A DNA stretch of 64,000 nucleotides from Rhizobium sp. Q54 (GCA_945947575.1 CAMEYM010000019.1:578-64577), one strand, 5' to 3'; numbered from the stretch's first letter, positions 36,639-47,086 are shown. Numbers and translations: made by a program. The notes: generated by a model from the sequence alone, not told the origin.

Positions 36639-37562
36639 CTAGAGGCTGCGCGCGACCCGGAAGCCGAGAGTGTTCTTGCGGTTGGGGGCGAGGTCCCAGT
36701 TGCGCAGGCTGGCGCGCACATCGGGCGCGTCCGACAGCCAGGCGGCGCCGCGGGTGACCCGCTGGGTGCAGTTGCCGCCCACCGTCCACACGGCGCCGTC
36801 CGCGGGCGCCGTCAGGTAGGTGTCATGCCAGCAGTCCTCGACGCGCTCCCAGACGTTGCCGAGCATGTCGCTGACGCCGAACGTATTCAGGCGGAACGTC
36901 CCGGCGGGCGAGGTGCGTTTGGCGTCGTACTCGGTGCCGCAGCCGTCGCAGTTGGCGTTGCCGCGGCCGATGTCGGCGCCCCAATGGCGCGCGGTGGTGG
37001 TGCCGCTCCGCGCCACGTACTCCCACTCGGATTCCGAGAGGAGGCGATACTCGGTTCCGGTCTGCTGGCTGAGCCACTGCAGATAGGCGCGCGTCTCGTC
37101 CCAGTTGATGCAGACGACGGGATCGCGATCGCTCTGTGCGAAGCCGGGGTTCTCCCAGGTCTTCAGGGGATCGGGCACCATCTCGGCGCCGTTGTACCAA
37201 CGGCAATCGCCGCCCGTCGCGTGGTTGGTGGCGCGTGCGAACGCGGCGTACTCGCCGCGGGTGATCTCGAAGCGGCCCACCGCGAACGGCTTCGCCAGGG
37301 TGACGTTGTGCTGCGGCGCCTCGTCGGGCGAGCGGCCCGGCTCATTGGCCGGCGAGCCCATCGAGTAGCGCCCGGCCGGAATGACGACCATCTCCGGACA
37401 CGTCTCGCAGTCGCGGAAGACGTCACCCGGCTTGAGCGTGCGCCCGGCCACCTGCACGGTCTGCTCGGATGCCGGCGGGATCCCTGCGCTGTTGTCGCCG
37501 CAGGCGGCCAGCAGGCAGCCCGCCGAGAGCGCCAGCAGACGCAACAAGGTTCCGGATTGCAT
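36639..37562 (-). CDS. FGE-sulfatase (SUMF1/EgtB/PvdO) family lipoprotein
   Basis: Lipoprotein signal MQSGTLLRLLALSAGCLLAACG. FGE-sulfatase domain motifs (GSPANEPGRSPDEAPQHNVTL, RLLSESEWEYVARSG, GNVWERVEDCWHD, RGAAWLS). GAGGA RBS. The ORF-track extension to 38177 runs through a tRNA gene and is rejected. Confidence 0.8.
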   Translation of the reverse strand: MQSGTLLRLLALSAGCLLAACGDNSAGIPPASEQTVQVAGRTLKPGDVFRDCETCPEMVVIPAGRYSMGSPANEPGRSPDEAPQHNVTLAKPFAVGRFEITRGEYAAFARATNHATGGDCRWYNGAEMVPDPLKTWENPGFAQSDRDPVVCINWDETRAYLQWLSQQTGTEYRLLSESEWEYVARSGTTTARHWGADIGRGNANCDGCGTEYDAKRTSPAGTFRLNTFGVSDMLGNVWERVEDCWHDTYLTAPADGAVWTVGGNCTQRVTRGAAWLSDAPDVRASLRNWDLAPNRKNTLGFRVARSL

Positions 37563-37643
37563 TGTGGTGATCCTCGTCAGCGAGCCCGTCCGCTTAGGCG
37601 GGCGGCGGCCGACCGACGGCCCTACGCTCCACGCCGCAGTGGG

Positions 37644-37720
37644 TGATGAAGCCTGGTCGGGGAGAGAGGATTCGAACCTCCGGCCCCCACGTCCCGAACG
37701 TGGTGCTCTACCAGGCTGAG
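37644..37720 (-). tRNA. tRNA-Pro (anticodon CGG)
   Basis: Reverse complement CGGGGAGTAGCTCAGCCTGGTAGAGCACCACGTTCGGGACGTGGGGGCCGGAGGTTCGAATCCTCTCTCCCCGACCA folds as a cloverleaf: 7-bp acceptor stem, D-arm GCTC/GAGC, anticodon stem CCACG/CGTGG with loop TTCGGGA, T-arm GGAGG-TTCGAAT-CCTCT, encoded CCA. Very close to E. coli proK. Confidence 0.9.
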
Positions 37721-38001
37721 CTACTCCCCGAAAGCAGCGGCTATATAGCGTCAACGCCTCGGCGGCCGCAACCCGCGTGGTCAACGCAGCCGCCCAGTGC
37801 GCCTGCCACCCTGAAAGTCGATCCCCAAACGGGTATACGGCGGATACCCGCTTGGAGCGGTCAAGCTCCAGAGTGGTATCCCCCTTTCGATCATTGGTCC
37901 GACGGTCACGCCTCGTCCCGGCGCGTCTGCCCCAAGGTTGGCTCGACCTGCCGGCACCCGTTCGCACTGGCAGATCGATCGATCCATAGGAGTACAAAAT
38001 A

Positions 38002-38721
38002 ATGAAGCTCTTGAGCCAATCCCTGGTCGCAGCAGCCCTCGTCGTGAGCGCATCTGCCGCCCACGCCACAACCCTGGGCGTCGTCGAATTCCAGGCGTTC
38101 GTCCACACAACGCCGGCGTTCCGCGCGGACCTTGGCGGCATTACTCCGGTGCTACCGGACGCATTCGTCCTCTTCAACGATTACAACGGGGCACTGGCGC
38201 TTCCGGGTGGCCTTCCGGCCAACTACGACATCATCATCCCTGCCACATTCCGTGGCGACGGCAACGCGGCGACGGCGGACCTGTTCGACGACCGCTTCCT
38301 GTTCAAGATCGATCCAGTCTCCACCGGTGGCCAATCGGCGACCGCCGACAACTACCTCAACCTCATCATTGGTCCCAATACCGGCTTCGACAACGCCGTG
38401 TTCGCGATCTTCGAGAACACCGGCGATGGCGACCTGTTCGGTCCGGCACTCGGATCGCGCACCGGCGGTGGCCAGCTGGTGGTCGGCGGGCTCGATACGA
38501 ACCTCGACTACGTCCTGCGCGTAACGGGCAACCTCCGCGCCGACGATCCCAACACCCTCGGCAATGAGGCGACCAACGCGGGTGCGTACGCGATCGTGCT
38601 GGCTCTGTCGCCGGTGCCGATTCCGCCCGCGCTGCTCCTGCTCATGACGGCCGTGGGCGCCATGTTCGGCTTCGGCAAGCTGAAGCGCCGGTCCGTTTCG
38701 GGAGGGCACGCAACCGCGTAA
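38002..38721 (+). CDS. secreted protein with VPLPA/PEP-CTERM-like C-terminal sorting signal
   Basis: Signal peptide MKLLSQSLVAAALVVSASAAHA. C-terminus SPVPIPPALLLLMTAVGAMFGFGKLKRRS, which is a Pro motif, a TM helix and a basic cluster, as in exosortase/archaeosortase substrates. Confidence 0.65.
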   Translation: MKLLSQSLVAAALVVSASAAHATTLGVVEFQAFVHTTPAFRADLGGITPVLPDAFVLFNDYNGALALPGGLPANYDIIIPATFRGDGNAATADLFDDRFLFKIDPVSTGGQSATADNYLNLIIGPNTGFDNAVFAIFENTGDGDLFGPALGSRTGGGQLVVGGLDTNLDYVLRVTGNLRADDPNTLGNEATNAGAYAIVLALSPVPIPPALLLLMTAVGAMFGFGKLKRRSVSGGHATA

Positions 38722-38756
38722 CCGCTCGATGGCCGATGCTACCTGAGTGTCAAACT

Positions 38757-38790
38757 GAGGCGGCCTTCGGGCCGCCTCTCTTTGTTTGCA
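38757..38790 (+). terminator. Rho-independent terminator (GAGGCGGCC-ttcg-GGCCGCCTC + TCTTTGTTTG)
   Basis: Perfect 9-bp GC stem followed by a T-rich tail, downstream of the CTERM-protein gene. Confidence 0.7.
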
Positions 38791-38819
38791 GGGGCCGCTG
38801 CCCCGTAGCGTGCCGCCGC

Positions 38820-39839
38820 CTAGTGACCGCGCTCGATGCAGAAGTCGATGACCGCGAGCATCGCGTCCTTGACCTTGCTGTCCGGGAAGATCAGCAGCGC
38901 GTCGCGCGCGATGGCGCCGTAGTGGCGCGCCCGGTCGAGGGTCTCGGCCAGGGCGCCGTGACGCTGCAGCAGCGCCAGGGCGTGGTCGAGGTCGGCCGGG
39001 TCCTGCTTGCCTTCGCCAAGGGTGCGGTGCCAGAAGGCGCGATCGGTGTCGTTGCCGCGCCGGTAGGCGAGCACCACCGGCAGGGTGATCTTGCCCTCGC
39101 GGAAGTCGTCGCCGATCGTCTTGCCGAGGGTCTGCTCGCGTGCCGAGTAGTCGAGCACGTCGTCGACCAGCTGGAAGGCGATGCCGAGATTGCGGCCGTA
39201 GCTGGTCAGCGCCTCTTCTTCCTCGCGCGGGCGGTTGCACATGACGGCGCCGACCCGGCAGGCTGCGGCGAATAGCGGTGCGGTCTTCGCCATGATGACG
39301 TCGAGGTAGGCGTCCTCGGTGGTGCTGGTGTCGTTGGTCGTCATCAGCTGCAGGACTTCGCCTTCGGCGATGCGCGCTGCGGCTTCCGACAGGATGCCCA
39401 GCATCTTCAGCGAGCCCGCCTCGACCATCAGTTGGAAGGCGCGGCTGAACAGGAAGTCGCCGACCAGCACGCTCGACTGGTTGCCCCACACCGCGTTGGC
39501 GGTCGGCGAGCCGCGCCGCAGCGAGCTCTCGTCGACGACGTCGTCGTGGAGGAGGGTGGCCGTATGGATGAACTCGACGCAGGCGGCGAGCAGCACGTGC
39601 TGGCGGCCCTCGTAGCCGCACAGGCGCGCGCTCGCCAGGGTCAGCATGGGGCGGAGACGCTTGCCGCCCGAGGCGATCAAGTGGCCCGCGAGCTCGGGAA
39701 TGCGCGCGACGTTCGACTCCATGCGGCCGAGGATCACTTCGTTCACGGCCGTCAGGTCGGACGCGACGAGGTCCAGGATCGGCTGCAGCCCGCTTCGCGC
39801 AGCCCGCTCCCGCTTGGTATCGAGCGGCACAACAACCAC
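38820..39839 (-). CDS. ispB: octaprenyl/all-trans polyprenyl diphosphate synthase
   Basis: Polyprenyl synthase motifs LLHDDVVDESSLRRG and FQLVDDVLD. 339 aa. Confidence 0.85.
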   Translation of the reverse strand: MVVVPLDTKRERAARSGLQPILDLVASDLTAVNEVILGRMESNVARIPELAGHLIASGGKRLRPMLTLASARLCGYEGRQHVLLAACVEFIHTATLLHDDVVDESSLRRGSPTANAVWGNQSSVLVGDFLFSRAFQLMVEAGSLKMLGILSEAAARIAEGEVLQLMTTNDTSTTEDAYLDVIMAKTAPLFAAACRVGAVMCNRPREEEEALTSYGRNLGIAFQLVDDVLDYSAREQTLGKTIGDDFREGKITLPVVLAYRRGNDTDRAFWHRTLGEGKQDPADLDHALALLQRHGALAETLDRARHYGAIARDALLIFPDSKVKDAMLAVIDFCIERGH

Positions 39840-40012
39840 GACTGATTCCTTGATTAGGGGTGCGCGTTCCGCGCGGGTCCGTAGGAGCGCCGCTTGCCCG
39901 CGGCGGTGACAGAACGTCCTGCGCGCTACCCGCCCGCGCTTCGTTGCGCGCTACCCGCGCGACGGGGCGCAGCATAGGATTGGCCCATGACGACGGTCAA
40001 TCTGGGCGCCGC

Positions 40013-40237
40013 GTGAAGGAACTCTTGCGCACCAACGACGTGGTCCTGCTGTCGTTTGCCGAGGCCCTGCTCAAGGACGCCGGTATCGCCGCCATCGTGT
40101 TCGACCGCCACACCTCCGTCTTGGAGGGCAGCATTGGCGCGCTGCCGCGCCGGTTGATGGTGGACGACGGCGATGTCGATCGGGCCCGGCAGGTGCTCGG
40201 CGAGGCGGACATCGCGTTGTCCGAGCCGCGTCCGTGA
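40013..40237 (+). CDS. DUF2007 domain protein (putative signal-transducing protein)
   Basis: 75 aa from an in-frame GTG. VVLLSFAEALLKDAGIAAIVFDRHTSVLEGSIGALPRRLMVDDGDVDRARQVL matches the DUF2007 pattern. The long ORF-track start at 39860 lies in GC-rich non-coding-looking sequence. Confidence 0.55.
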   Translation: MKELLRTNDVVLLSFAEALLKDAGIAAIVFDRHTSVLEGSIGALPRRLMVDDGDVDRARQVLGEADIALSEPRP

Positions 40238-40292
40238 CGCCGGTCGCATCCATGTCGATGCGACCATTGCCGCAACGGGCAAAGGGCCGGGT

Positions 40293-41039
40293 GTGACAAG
40301 CCCGGAGACCACCTCCGATACCTTGCTCGGCGGCCGGGTACGCCTCGAGCAGCCGGCGCGCGGCTATCGGGTCGCCATCGACCCCGTCCTGCTGGCGGCG
40401 GCCCTGCCGGCCCGCGCGGGCGAGCGTGTCTTGGAGTTCGGCGCCGGAGTCGGTGCCGCGACGCTGTGCGCCGCCACCCGCCTTGCCGAGTGCTCCTTCC
40501 TCGGCATCGAGCTCGACGGCGACCTGGTGGCGATCGCCAGCGCCAACGTCGCTGCCAACCGGCTGGAGGCGCGGGTGACCATGCTCGCCGGCGATGTGGC
40601 CGCGCCGCCGCCCGCGGTGACCGGCGCGCCGTTCGACCACGTCATCGCCAACCCGCCGTTCGCCGAAGGGGGGCGCGGCTCGGCTTCGCCGGTCGCGGCC
40701 AAGCAGCGCGCCAACGTCGAGGGCGCCGCCGACCTCGCCGCATGGGTGGCCGCGGCCTTTCGCGCCCTGCGCGGCGGTGGCAGCGCGACCTTCGTGCATC
40801 GCGCCGATCGTGCCGCCGAGCTGGTCGCGCGGTTTGCCGCGGCGGGTGCCGGCGCCATCATCCTGTTTCCCCTGTGGCCCAAGGCAGGCAGCGATGCCAA
40901 GCGGGTCCTCGTGCAGGGGCGCAAAGGTGCCAAGGCGCCGCTCCGCGTGGCCGCTGGGCTTGTTCTGCACGAGGCGGACGGCGGCTACAGCGCCGCGGCC
41001 CAGGCTGTGCTGAGGTCCGGCGCCGCCCTGTCTCTGTAG
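40293..41039 (+). CDS. N6-adenine-specific methyltransferase, tRNA1(Val) m6A37 MTase (YfiC/TrmN6) family
   Basis: LLGGRVRLEQPARGYRVAIDPVLLAA N-terminus, SAM motif VLEFGAGVGAATL, catalytic DHVIANPPF. Start GTG 40293 is inferred by comparison with the family N-terminus and is uncertain. Confidence 0.65.
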   Translation: MTSPETTSDTLLGGRVRLEQPARGYRVAIDPVLLAAALPARAGERVLEFGAGVGAATLCAATRLAECSFLGIELDGDLVAIASANVAANRLEARVTMLAGDVAAPPPAVTGAPFDHVIANPPFAEGGRGSASPVAAKQRANVEGAADLAAWVAAAFRALRGGGSATFVHRADRAAELVARFAAAGAGAIILFPLWPKAGSDAKRVLVQGRKGAKAPLRVAAGLVLHEADGGYSAAAQAVLRSGAALSL

Positions 41040-41297
41040 GCGCCGAGCGGCGCTCTTCGCGCGTTTGCATACGCCGCCGCCCTCCAAATGGGCGCCGACA
41101 TGGTGACGACGAAGCCGCGCTACGCTGGCGAGGTGGAGAAGGCCGATCTGGCCCTCCTCGGCGTCCCCGTCGGAATAGCCGAGCTGTCGTCATAGCCCGT
41201 TCCGCCAGACGGGCGGCCGCTGGCGGCCCATCCCACCCCAACCCGCACGGCGCGGCCGTTTGTTGCGGGCCCAAGGGGTGGGCCCTATGCTCCGCCC

Positions 41298-42185
41298 ATG
41301 AGCGGATTGCTTGCGAGACTGTCCGCGCTGGTCCCTTTCCTTGGCCGGCGCGAACGCCACCCGTTGGTTGCCGTGGTGCGCCTGCATGGCGCCATCGGGT
41401 CGGTCGGCGTCGGCCGCAGCGGCCTCAGCCTGACCGGGTCGGCGCGCGACCTCGAGGCGGCGTTCACCCTGCGCGGCGTCAAAGCCGTCGCGCTGTCGAT
41501 CAACTCGCCCGGCGGCTCGCCGGTGCAATCGAACCTGATCTATCGCCGCATTCGCAGCCTCGCCGAGGAGCACGAGGTGCCGGTCTTCGCGTTCTGCGAG
41601 GACGCGGCCGCCTCCGGCGGATACTGGCTGGCGTGCGCGGGCGACGAGATTTACGCCGACCCCAACTCGATCGTCGGCTCGATCGGCGTGGTGTCGGGCG
41701 GCTTCGGGTTTCCGGCAATGCTCGCCAAGCTCGGCATCGAGCGCCGCTTGTACGTGCAGGGCGAGAACAAGGGCATGCTCGACGCGTTCAGCCCCGAGCG
41801 GCAGTCCGACGTCGAGCACCTGCACGGCATCCAGAAGGTCGTGCACGACAGCTTCAAGGCGCTGGTGCGCGAGCGGCGCGGCGAGCGGCTGAAAGAAGAA
41901 GAGTCGAAGCTCTTCACCGGCGCGTTCTGGACCGGCACCCAGGCGCTAGCCTTCGGGCTCGTCGATGGATTGGGCGATTTGCGCGGCGTGCTCCGCGCAC
42001 GCTATGGCGACAAAGTGCGCCTCAAGGTGGTGGGCCGCTCTCCCAACCGCTTGCGCCTCTTGCTGGGACGCGGCACGGAGACGCCGACCGGCTCACTGAC
42101 GGCCAGATCGCTTGCAGAAGAACTGCCCGAGGCCGCGCTGCGCGCCCTCGAAGCGCGCTGGCTGTGGGCGCGGCTTGGGCTCTGA
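41298..42185 (+). CDS. S49 family peptidase (SppA 36K-type / SohB-like signal peptide peptidase)
   Basis: INSPGGSPVQSN (catalytic Ser region), AASGGYWLACAGDEIYADPNSIVGSIGV, GLVDGLG. 295 aa. Confidence 0.8.
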   Translation: MSGLLARLSALVPFLGRRERHPLVAVVRLHGAIGSVGVGRSGLSLTGSARDLEAAFTLRGVKAVALSINSPGGSPVQSNLIYRRIRSLAEEHEVPVFAFCEDAAASGGYWLACAGDEIYADPNSIVGSIGVVSGGFGFPAMLAKLGIERRLYVQGENKGMLDAFSPERQSDVEHLHGIQKVVHDSFKALVRERRGERLKEEESKLFTGAFWTGTQALAFGLVDGLGDLRGVLRARYGDKVRLKVVGRSPNRLRLLLGRGTETPTGSLTARSLAEELPEAALRALEARWLWARLGL

Positions 42186-42210
42186 AACCTTGGGCCTCTA
42201 GGGAGCATTC

Positions 42211-42450
42211 ATGTTCGGTTTCAGCCTCGGCAAGCTGGTCGTCGCGACGATCCTGATCCTGGCCGTCTGGTACGGCTTCCGGATGATGACCCGCATCGGC
42301 GAGGTGCGCGCCGACGCGCTGGCGCGCAATCCGAAACCGAAAGCCAACAAGCTCGAGGTCGAGGATCTCGTCGAGTGCAAGCGCTGCGGCGCGTTCGTCT
42401 CCGCAGGTGCCAAGGCCTGCGTGCGCGACGACTGCCCCTATCCGCGATGA
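42211..42450 (+). CDS. small membrane protein with C-terminal Cys4 zinc-ribbon-like motif, hypothetical
   Basis: 79 aa. One TM helix ([15 protein letters not shown]), then CKRCGAFV...[18 protein letters not shown]. Its stop overlaps the glyQ start (ATGA). Confidence 0.55.
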   Translation: MFGFSLGKLVVATILILAVWYGFRMMTRIGEVRADALARNPKPKANKLEVEDLVECKRCGAFVSAGAKACVRDDCPYPR

Positions 42451-43358
42451 GCGTTGCCGCTGGCCCGTCCCGCGGAGAGCGGGCTTCCAGCCCGACGCGG
42501 AGCTTCCAGGACCTGATCCTTACGCTCCAGCGCTTCTGGGCCGACCAGGGCTGCGCCATCCTGCAGCCCTATGATTCCGAGATGGGCGCCGCGACGTTCC
42601 ACACCGCGACGGTGTTGCGGGCGCTCGGCCCCGATCCGTGGCGCACTGCGTTCGTGCAGCCGTGCCGGCGTCCAACCGACGGCCGCTACGGCGAGAACCC
42701 GAACCGCTTTCAGCACTACTACCAGCTGCAAGTCGTGCTGAAGCCGAGCCCCGACAACATCCAGGACCTCTACCTGCAAAGCCTCGCCGCCATCGGCATC
42801 GACTCCGGCGTGCACGACATCCGGTTCGTCGAGGACGACTGGGAGAGCCCGACGCTGGGCGCGTGGGGCCTGGGCTGGGAGGTGTGGTGCGACGGCATGG
42901 AAGTGACGCAGTTCACCTACTTCCAGCAGGTCGGCGGCTTCGACTGCGCGCCGGTCGCCGGCGAGATCACCTACGGCATGGAACGCCTCGCCATGTTCGT
43001 GCAGGAGCAGGAAGACGGCTTCCAGCTCGACTGGAACGGCGCCGGCACCACGTACGGCGACGTGTTCAAGCGCAACGAGCGCGAATGGTCGGCCTACAAC
43101 TTCGAGGAAGCCAATGTCGAGATCCTGCGCCGCCACTTCGCCGAGTCCGAGCAGGAGTGCATGCGCCTCTTGGGCAAGAAGCTCGTGCTGCCGGCCTACG
43201 ACCAGTGCATCAAGGCGTCGCACGCCTTCAATCTTCTGGATGCGCGCGGCGTCATCTCGGTGACCGAACGCGCGGCGTACATCCTGCGCGTGCGTTCCCT
43301 CGCCAAGGCGTGCTGCGAGGCGTGGATCGCCAGCTTGCCGGCCGCCGCGACCGCTTGA
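42447..43358 (+). CDS. glyQ: glycine--tRNA ligase alpha subunit
   Basis: [43 protein letters not shown]...[12 protein letters not shown]...[24 protein letters not shown] is a canonical GlyQ. Confidence 0.95.
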   Translation: MSVAAGPSRGERASSPTRSFQDLILTLQRFWADQGCAILQPYDSEMGAATFHTATVLRALGPDPWRTAFVQPCRRPTDGRYGENPNRFQHYYQLQVVLKPSPDNIQDLYLQSLAAIGIDSGVHDIRFVEDDWESPTLGAWGLGWEVWCDGMEVTQFTYFQQVGGFDCAPVAGEITYGMERLAMFVQEQEDGFQLDWNGAGTTYGDVFKRNEREWSAYNFEEANVEILRRHFAESEQECMRLLGKKLVLPAYDQCIKASHAFNLLDARGVISVTERAAYILRVRSLAKACCEAWIASLPAAATA

Positions 43359-43472
43359 CTACGAAGTGTATCGCAACCATATACGAATTGTGACCCAAGC
43401 AAGACCCACTCGCGGCGCCGTGATCCGCGTATTCGTTGAAAAACACTGCCGCGTATTCGGTGTCTCGCCCCA

Positions 43473-45632
43473 ATGCCTGAGCTGCTGATTGAGCTTCTGT
43501 CCGAAGAGATTCCCGCGCGCATGCAGGCGCGCGCGAGCGCGGACCTGCGCGACCTCGTCACCAAGGGTCTCGGCGAGGCCGGGCTGAAGTTCGAAGGCGC
43601 CCAGGCGTTCGCGACGCCGCGCCGTCTGGCGCTGGTCGTGCGCGGACTGCCCGAGCGCTCTCCCGACCAGACCATCGAGAAGAAGGGCCCGCGCATCGAT
43701 GCCCCGCCGGCCGCGATCGACGGCTTCCTGCGCTCGACCGGCCTCAAGCGCGAGCAACTCGAGGAGCGCGACATGGGCAAGGCGGGCAAGGTTCTGTTCG
43801 CCGTGCAGAAGGCAGCGGGACGCGCTGCCGGCGAGGTCGCGAGCGACGTGATCCTGGCCGCGATCACCGCGCTCCCCTGGCCGAAGAGCATGCGCTGGGC
43901 GTCGAACCAGTTCCGCTGGGTGCGGCCGTTGCACGGCATCGTCGCCGAGCTCGACGGCAAGCTGTTGCCATTGCGTCTGTCGCTCGGTGACAGCAACGCA
44001 TCGATCGCGGCCGGCACCACCACCGTCGGCCACCGCGTGCTCGGCAACGGCGCCCTCTCCGTGGCGGGCTTCGACGACTACGTCGCCAAATTGCGCACAG
44101 CGTACGTCGTGCTCGACGCCGAGGAGCGCAAGCGCATCATCCGCGAGCAGGGCGCGGCGCTCGCCGCCAAGGAGGGCCTGCGCGTGCGCAAGGACGACGG
44201 CCTCGTGGACGAAGTGTCCGGGCTGGTCGAGTGGCCGGTGCCGCTCATCGGCACCATCGACGGCGCCTTCATGGATCTGCCGCCCGAAGTGCTCACTACC
44301 ACGATGCGCACCCACCAGCGCTACTTCGCGCTGGAGAAGGACGGCAGATTGGCGCCGCGCTTCCTGGTGATCGCCAACACCGTCGCGCGCGACGGCGGCG
44401 CCGCCATTGTCAAAGGCAACGAGCGCGTCCTGCGCGCCCGCCTCTCCGACGCCAAGTTCTTCTGGGACCAGGACCGCAAGGTGCGCCTCGAGTCGCGCCT
44501 GCCCGGACTCAAGGAAATCACCTTCCAGGCGAAGCTCGGCACGCTGGCTCAGCGCGTCATGCGACTCGAGGACCTCGCCGCCGCAATCTCCAACGATGCG
44601 CGCCTTGACGCAGACGTGGCCGCCGTTCGTTCCGCGGCGCATTTGGCCAAAGCTGACCTGAGGTCGGGCGTGGTTGGCGAGTTTCCGGAGTTGCAGGGGA
44701 TCATGGGGCGCTACTACGCTCTCCACGACGGCGAGCCGCGCGCGGTCGCCGACGCCATCGCAGAACATTACGCACCCAAAGGGCCGGACGATCGCTGTCC
44801 TTCGGCGCCGGTATCCGTTGCTGTCGCGCTCGCCGAGAAGATCGATGCTCTCGTTGGGTTTTGGGCAATCGATGAGAAACCGACCGGGTCGAAGGATCCG
44901 TTCGCACTGCGCCGAGCGGCACTCGGTGTCATTCGGTTGATCGTCGAGAATAGGCTGCGACTGTCGCTGACTCAGGTTTTCGCGGTCGCCTACGAAGCCT
45001 ACGAGCGTCAACAGCATCCTGCGATTCAGGCCGCTCATCGCGCTGCAACGACCGGCAAAGAAACCATCGAAGACACAGCGCGGGCCGTTGTTCGGTTCCG
45101 CTACAGCGCCGACCTGCTCGCCTTCTTCGCCGATCGCCTCAAGGTCCACTTGAAGGAACGCGGCGTCCGTCACGACCTGGTTGCGGCGGTGTTCGCGCTC
45201 ACCGCGGAAGACGACCTCGTGCGCCTGCTTGCACGCGTCGAGGCGCTGCAGAAGTTCCTCGCCAGCGAAGATGGCGCCGACCTCCTGGTCGCCTATCGTC
45301 GCGCCGCCAACATCGTGCGCATCGAAGAGAAGAAAGACTCCGCCTCCCATCAAGGCGACGTCGACGCCAAGGCACTGCAGCAGGACGAGGAGCGCGTGCT
45401 GGCGCAGGCGCTCGCCGACACACGCAAGGCCGTGACCGCGGCGCTCGCCAAGGAAGACTTCGCCGGTGCCATGCTTGCCCTCGCGCGCCTGCGCACGCCG
45501 GTGGACGCGTTCTTCGACAACGTCACCGTCAACGCAGACGACGCGGCGCTGCGTGCCAACCGGTTGCGCCTGCTGGCGCAAATCACCGGCACGCTCGAGC
45601 AGGTTGCCGATTTCTCCAAGATTGAAGGCTGA
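43473..45632 (+). CDS. glyS: glycine--tRNA ligase beta subunit
   Basis: [19 protein letters not shown]-terminus and 719 aa typical of GlyS. Immediately downstream of glyQ. Confidence 0.95.
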   Translation: MPELLIELLSEEIPARMQARASADLRDLVTKGLGEAGLKFEGAQAFATPRRLALVVRGLPERSPDQTIEKKGPRIDAPPAAIDGFLRSTGLKREQLEERDMGKAGKVLFAVQKAAGRAAGEVASDVILAAITALPWPKSMRWASNQFRWVRPLHGIVAELDGKLLPLRLSLGDSNASIAAGTTTVGHRVLGNGALSVAGFDDYVAKLRTAYVVLDAEERKRIIREQGAALAAKEGLRVRKDDGLVDEVSGLVEWPVPLIGTIDGAFMDLPPEVLTTTMRTHQRYFALEKDGRLAPRFLVIANTVARDGGAAIVKGNERVLRARLSDAKFFWDQDRKVRLESRLPGLKEITFQAKLGTLAQRVMRLEDLAAAISNDARLDADVAAVRSAAHLAKADLRSGVVGEFPELQGIMGRYYALHDGEPRAVADAIAEHYAPKGPDDRCPSAPVSVAVALAEKIDALVGFWAIDEKPTGSKDPFALRRAALGVIRLIVENRLRLSLTQVFAVAYEAYERQQHPAIQAAHRAATTGKETIEDTARAVVRFRYSADLLAFFADRLKVHLKERGVRHDLVAAVFALTAEDDLVRLLARVEALQKFLASEDGADLLVAYRRAANIVRIEEKKDSASHQGDVDAKALQQDEERVLAQALADTRKAVTAALAKEDFAGAMLALARLRTPVDAFFDNVTVNADDAALRANRLRLLAQITGTLEQVADFSKIEG

Positions 45633-45649
45633 TCGCCCCTGAGGCGCCG

Positions 45650-47086
45650 ATGACACGGGTCTGGCGCTTCGGCATGGGCGAACCGTTGGCACCGCCGGAG
45701 CCTGCGGCGCGCATTCTGGGCGGCAAGGGCGCGGGGCTTCTGACCATGAGCCGGCTCGGCCTGCCGGTGCCGCCCGGCTTCGTCATCGCCACCGAGGTCT
45801 GCGACGCCTACTACACACTGCACCGGTCCTTTCCGGATGGCCTGAAGGACGAAGTGGCCGGCGCCCTCGCGGCGCTCGAGCGCGCCACCGGGCATTCGTT
45901 CGGGGACGCGGCCAACCCGCTGCTGGTGTCGGTCCGCTCCGGCGCCCCGGCGTCGATGCCGGGGATGATGGACACCATCCTCAGCGTTGGGCTGTCCAAG
46001 GGGGCCGTCGCGGGTCTGACCGCGCGCATCGGCAACCTTGCCGGCGACTCGTACCTGCGCCTGCGCGAAACCTTCGTCGATATGGACCTGTTCCTGCCGC
46101 AGGATGCCGATGAGCAATTGTGGACGGCAATCCAGGCGGTGCTCGACTCCTGGCAGAGCCGCCGCGCCGTGACCTATCGCGACATGCACGGGCTCGCCGA
46201 CAAGCCCGGCACCGCGGTCACCATCCAGGCGATGGTGTTCGGCAATGCCGGCGGCGACTCCGCCACCGGAGTCGCGTTCACCCGCGATCCTGGCACCGGC
46301 GCGCCCGCACCGTTCGGCGAGGTCCTGCGCAACGCCCAGGGCGAAGAGGTAGTCGGCGGCACCGCGACGCCGGAGCCGCTCGACACGCTGCGCGCCTCGA
46401 TGCCGTCGATTCACGTCGAGCTGTCGGGGCACTTCCGCACGCTCGAGACGCATTTCGCGGCGATGCAGGAGATCGAGTTCACCATCGAGCGCGGCAAGCT
46501 GTGGCTGCTGCAGACCCGCACCGGCGTCATGAGTGCCGAGGCAAGCGCACGTGTCGCCGTCGATATGGTGCGCGAGGGCCTGATCGATCGCCGCCGCGCC
46601 CTGGAACGCGTCGACCTCGCCGCGTTGCGCCGCCCGCCGGTGGCGACCGTCGTCGCGGGCGCGCCGCTGGTCAGGGGACTGCCGGCGTCTCCCGGCGCCG
46701 TCTCCGGCAAGGTCGTGTTCAGCAGTGCCGAGGCCGAGGCGGCGCGCGAGGCGAGCATTTTGGTGTTGCCCGAGACGCGACCGCAGGACGTGCCCGGCAT
46801 CCGCGCTGCGGCTGGCGTGCTCACGAGCCGCGGTGGCGCCACCAGCCACGCGGCGGTCATCGCGCGCGGAATCGGCAAGCCCTGCGTGGTCGGCGCCGGC
46901 GCCATGGTGGTCGATGGCGACGCCGGCCGGCTGACGGTCGGTGCCCGCGAGGTCCGTCGCGGCGCCCTGCTAACCATCGACGGCGGCACCGGCTGCGTGT
47001 TCGAGGGGGTGCAGGCGCTGCACGTGCCTGCCCCCAGCGACGCGGTGCAGACCCTCCTCGGCTGGGCGGCCGAAGCCGGGGCATGA
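45650..47086 (+). CDS. pyruvate phosphate dikinase N-terminal fragment (nucleotide-binding + phosphohistidine swivel domains only, lacks PEP/pyruvate TIM-barrel domain)
   Basis: LGGKGAGLLTMSRLGLPVPPGF, LLVSVRSGAPASMPGMMDTILSVGL and EIEFTIERGKLWLLQTRTG match the PPDK N-terminal domain. TSRGGATSHAAVIARGIGKPCVVGA is the phosphohistidine domain. The ORF stops at 478 aa where full-length PPDK (about 890 aa) continues into the PEP-binding domain. The next gene starts at an ATGA overlap. Confidence 0.8.
   Translation: MTRVWRFGMGEPLAPPEPAARILGGKGAGLLTMSRLGLPVPPGFVIATEVCDAYYTLHRSFPDGLKDEVAGALAALERATGHSFGDAANPLLVSVRSGAPASMPGMMDTILSVGLSKGAVAGLTARIGNLAGDSYLRLRETFVDMDLFLPQDADEQLWTAIQAVLDSWQSRRAVTYRDMHGLADKPGTAVTIQAMVFGNAGGDSATGVAFTRDPGTGAPAPFGEVLRNAQGEEVVGGTATPEPLDTLRASMPSIHVELSGHFRTLETHFAAMQEIEFTIERGKLWLLQTRTGVMSAEASARVAVDMVREGLIDRRRALERVDLAALRRPPVATVVAGAPLVRGLPASPGAVSGKVVFSSAEAEAAREASILVLPETRPQDVPGIRAAAGVLTSRGGATSHAAVIARGIGKPCVVGAGAMVVDGDAGRLTVGAREVRRGALLTIDGGTGCVFEGVQALHVPAPSDAVQTLLGWAAEAGA

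Noticed and set aside
37563-38177. Upstream extension of the FGE-sulfatase ORF
   Set aside because: Runs through a canonical tRNA-Pro gene and has no RBS. The lipoprotein clearly starts at the signal peptide at 37562.
41099-41197. 32-codon ORF (MVTTKPRYAGEVEKADLALLGVPVGIAELSS) in the methyltransferase-sppA intergenic region
   Set aside because: No RBS and no conservation evidence available. Too short to call without comparative or Ribo-seq data.
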